Of a stretch of DNA of 64,000 nucleotides, positions 61,928-64,000 are shown piece after piece. The stretch lies in contig NMRA01000040.1 of NCBI GenBank assembly GCA_002633005.1, forward strand, positions 1,268,604 to 1,332,603. Reading direction: 5' to 3'. Source of the DNA: Phoronis australis (lineage: Eukaryota; Animalia; Phoronida). The position numbers and the translations under genes were made by a program. Position 1 is the stretch's first letter. Every line of letters begins with the position of its first letter. Below the pieces are notes generated by a model, which saw only the letters and a program-made list of their open reading frames with translations, was not told the origin of the DNA and made no database searches.

Positions 61928-63390
61928 GCTTTTAAATCCTATTTTCAGTGAAGTTTCGCTTGCAGATTAACTACCAGAGTTAACATTTCTCTCTTACCAA
62001 AACTTTGGTAAGAGTGAAGTTTCTCCTCTGATGGGAAAGCGACATTAGAAAGAAGAGAGCTTTCACCTAACTTTCCAAGTGCTCAGCCCTATTAAAAACA
62101 GCAGATCACCCCCTTACTTTATAATCTGATCCTTGCGCAACTAAATTGGTAATGTAGTCACATTTCTTATGACGTTGTTGGATAATTTCATATCCATGTT
62201 TTATGCAATCTAGCCATCCAATAACAAGGATACAGAAGTGCAATACACCTGCATCCACACGTACCGTATAACCACTTTACATTGAATTCTCATCAGACCG
62301 TTCATTATCTGGATCATCAAGCTGATTGATCTCAATGTTAGATCGTTCTCAAAAACATCATTAAGCTATGCTACATGTAGTTAAATGGTAACTCTCAGTC
62401 TAGGGATTGTGTTCACAACCAATATTTAATGCATTATGTAAAATGGTATGGCTGGTACCCTTGCCAATACAACATTCCAAAATGTGGTTTTAATTGATTT
62501 TTAATTAATTTAGTAAGTGGTTAAATCATGGCTATTTTCAATCCTTTCAGTTTTCTATTCTGTTGACAATTAGGGACATTGATTACTGTAAATTTCACCA
62601 GTTGGGGTACAATACGCCCAACTGGTGAAATTCTTTCTGTAAAAGGTTTGCACAACCATTTTAAAACCTTTTCCGTGTTCAGGTTTTCTATCATGGCTGC
62701 TGTCAGACATTTCCAAAAATTGTAGACATTTACAACAATATTGCCCTTGAAAAATGTGGAAAAGGTCACTTTTGTTAATAGCTGATTTTGTTCAAAATAA
62801 GATTTCGATCTCTAATTCATGTAAAATCTGCGCATTTATTTTATGATATGCAGCAAAGAGAAACTTCCTAGGTTTTGTATTTTGTTTCTCTAAATCTCTA
62901 GTTTTGTTGAGGATTTATATTTGAACGCATTACCACTGTTCCTTCATTATGAAGCTTGATAATTTATCAAGCTCAATATATTTAGTCCGTAATTCTCATC
63001 CCAGTAAACAAAATTGTCCTACCGGTATTTTATCCACATATATACATCCCTTGTGAATTCAACTGACAGAATGTAGCTTGATAGTACTAAACAGAGCCTT
63101 GTAAACATATTCTGGTCTGAGAATGATCAAAGCCATACACATTCCCCAGCATTGCCATTAAACACTGAATAATTATTGATTACTGATATCAACAAGACAT
63201 TGTGCAACCTAACTGCCTTTGGAGCTCTGGGGTGCATTGATTCAGTGGAGTTCCTGGCTTGTCTACAGACAGCATCTAGTAACTTCAAACGATAGTTAAA
63301 TCTTGACTCTGATTTTGTAGAGAGCACTTACCTTAAGGTCAGGTTCACCGTAATTTAATTCTAATAAAGTTGACTTTCAGGTTGCTGTGA

Positions 63391-64000
63391 TTTTATTACT
63401 TGGCGAAATAAATTTCGCCAAGTATGTTGCTCTTCCACTAAGTTTTTTTTTTTTTTTTTTTTGTTTGTTCGCACGATACAGGTCGCAATTTTCGTCCGAT
63501 CATCACGAAATTTACACACAACACGTACTTCCGGAAGTACTGGAAGCCTATTGTTTTTTGTCAAAATCGGATCCAAGATGGCGGCTGTGGCGGCCATTTT
63601 GTTTCCATTTAAAGGTTCAAATGCTTCTGTAGGCCACAAATTTTTACGTAAAAGGCTAAGAATCGGCACAGTTAATGGACCGGAAGTTTGCTACAAGTAT
63701 ACCGGAAATTGTTTACTTCCGGTTAAAGATGGCGGAAATATCGGCGATCGCGCATGCGCACCTCGATTTTGGCCTGAAAACGTTTTCTCCTCTAGAGGGC
63801 GAATTATAAGACCAATTCCTTCGAATTTTTATAGGTATCAGTTTCTTGTAACATGCTATTATACAAAGCCAAAAAACCGGAAGTTGCTTTCAAGATGGCT
63901 GATCTGGCGCATGTTGACCTATTTTCAGTCGTCTGGGGTGCGATTTTAAACGGGAAGAGAAAAAGACGTGATTTTTTGCATGTAGATTCTTTGAAGTATA
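63391..64000 (+). mobile_element. Helentron-associated (HINE/DINE-1-like) non-autonomous element, truncated by the window edge
   Basis: Begins in a T-run with the perfect 13-bp-stem palindrome TACTTGGCGAAAT-AA-ATTTCGCCAAGTA (63397-63424). A simple-sequence tract follows, then a core with CCGATCATCACGAAATTT and CAAGATGGCGGC..GGCGGCCATTTTG motifs typical of these elements. Confidence 0.75.

Overview
This is AT-rich, intron-containing animal DNA from a non-vertebrate bilaterian (no obvious CpG depletion; marine-invertebrate-type repeats; species not determinable). Most ORFs in the supplied track are chance ORFs. Two real genes lie head-to-head. (1) A LIM-homeobox gene of the Lhx2/9 (apterous) family on the minus strand: candidate first coding exon 30673-30747, LIM1 exon 23605-23810 and LIM2 exon 8567-8925. 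These join in frame to about 213 aa; I found no homeodomain exons, which probably lie left of the window. (2) The first coding exon (58224-58330, plus strand) of a Slo2/KCNT sodium-activated potassium channel. The rest is intronic or intergenic DNA with non-autonomous DNA transposons, including two families with 5-bp TSDs and a TTAA-ended Kolobok-like family carrying a tRNA-like cassette. There is also a 5'-truncated RTE-X-like LINE between 55-bp direct repeats, a Helentron/HINE-like element at the right edge, minisatellites, one 271-N gap and two single-N joins with probable allelic duplication artefacts. I found no evidence for a wholly new multi-gene system. The best leads are the Lhx2/9-Slo2 linkage and the tRNA-bearing DNA element. 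All homology calls come from recalled family sequences, not from database searches.
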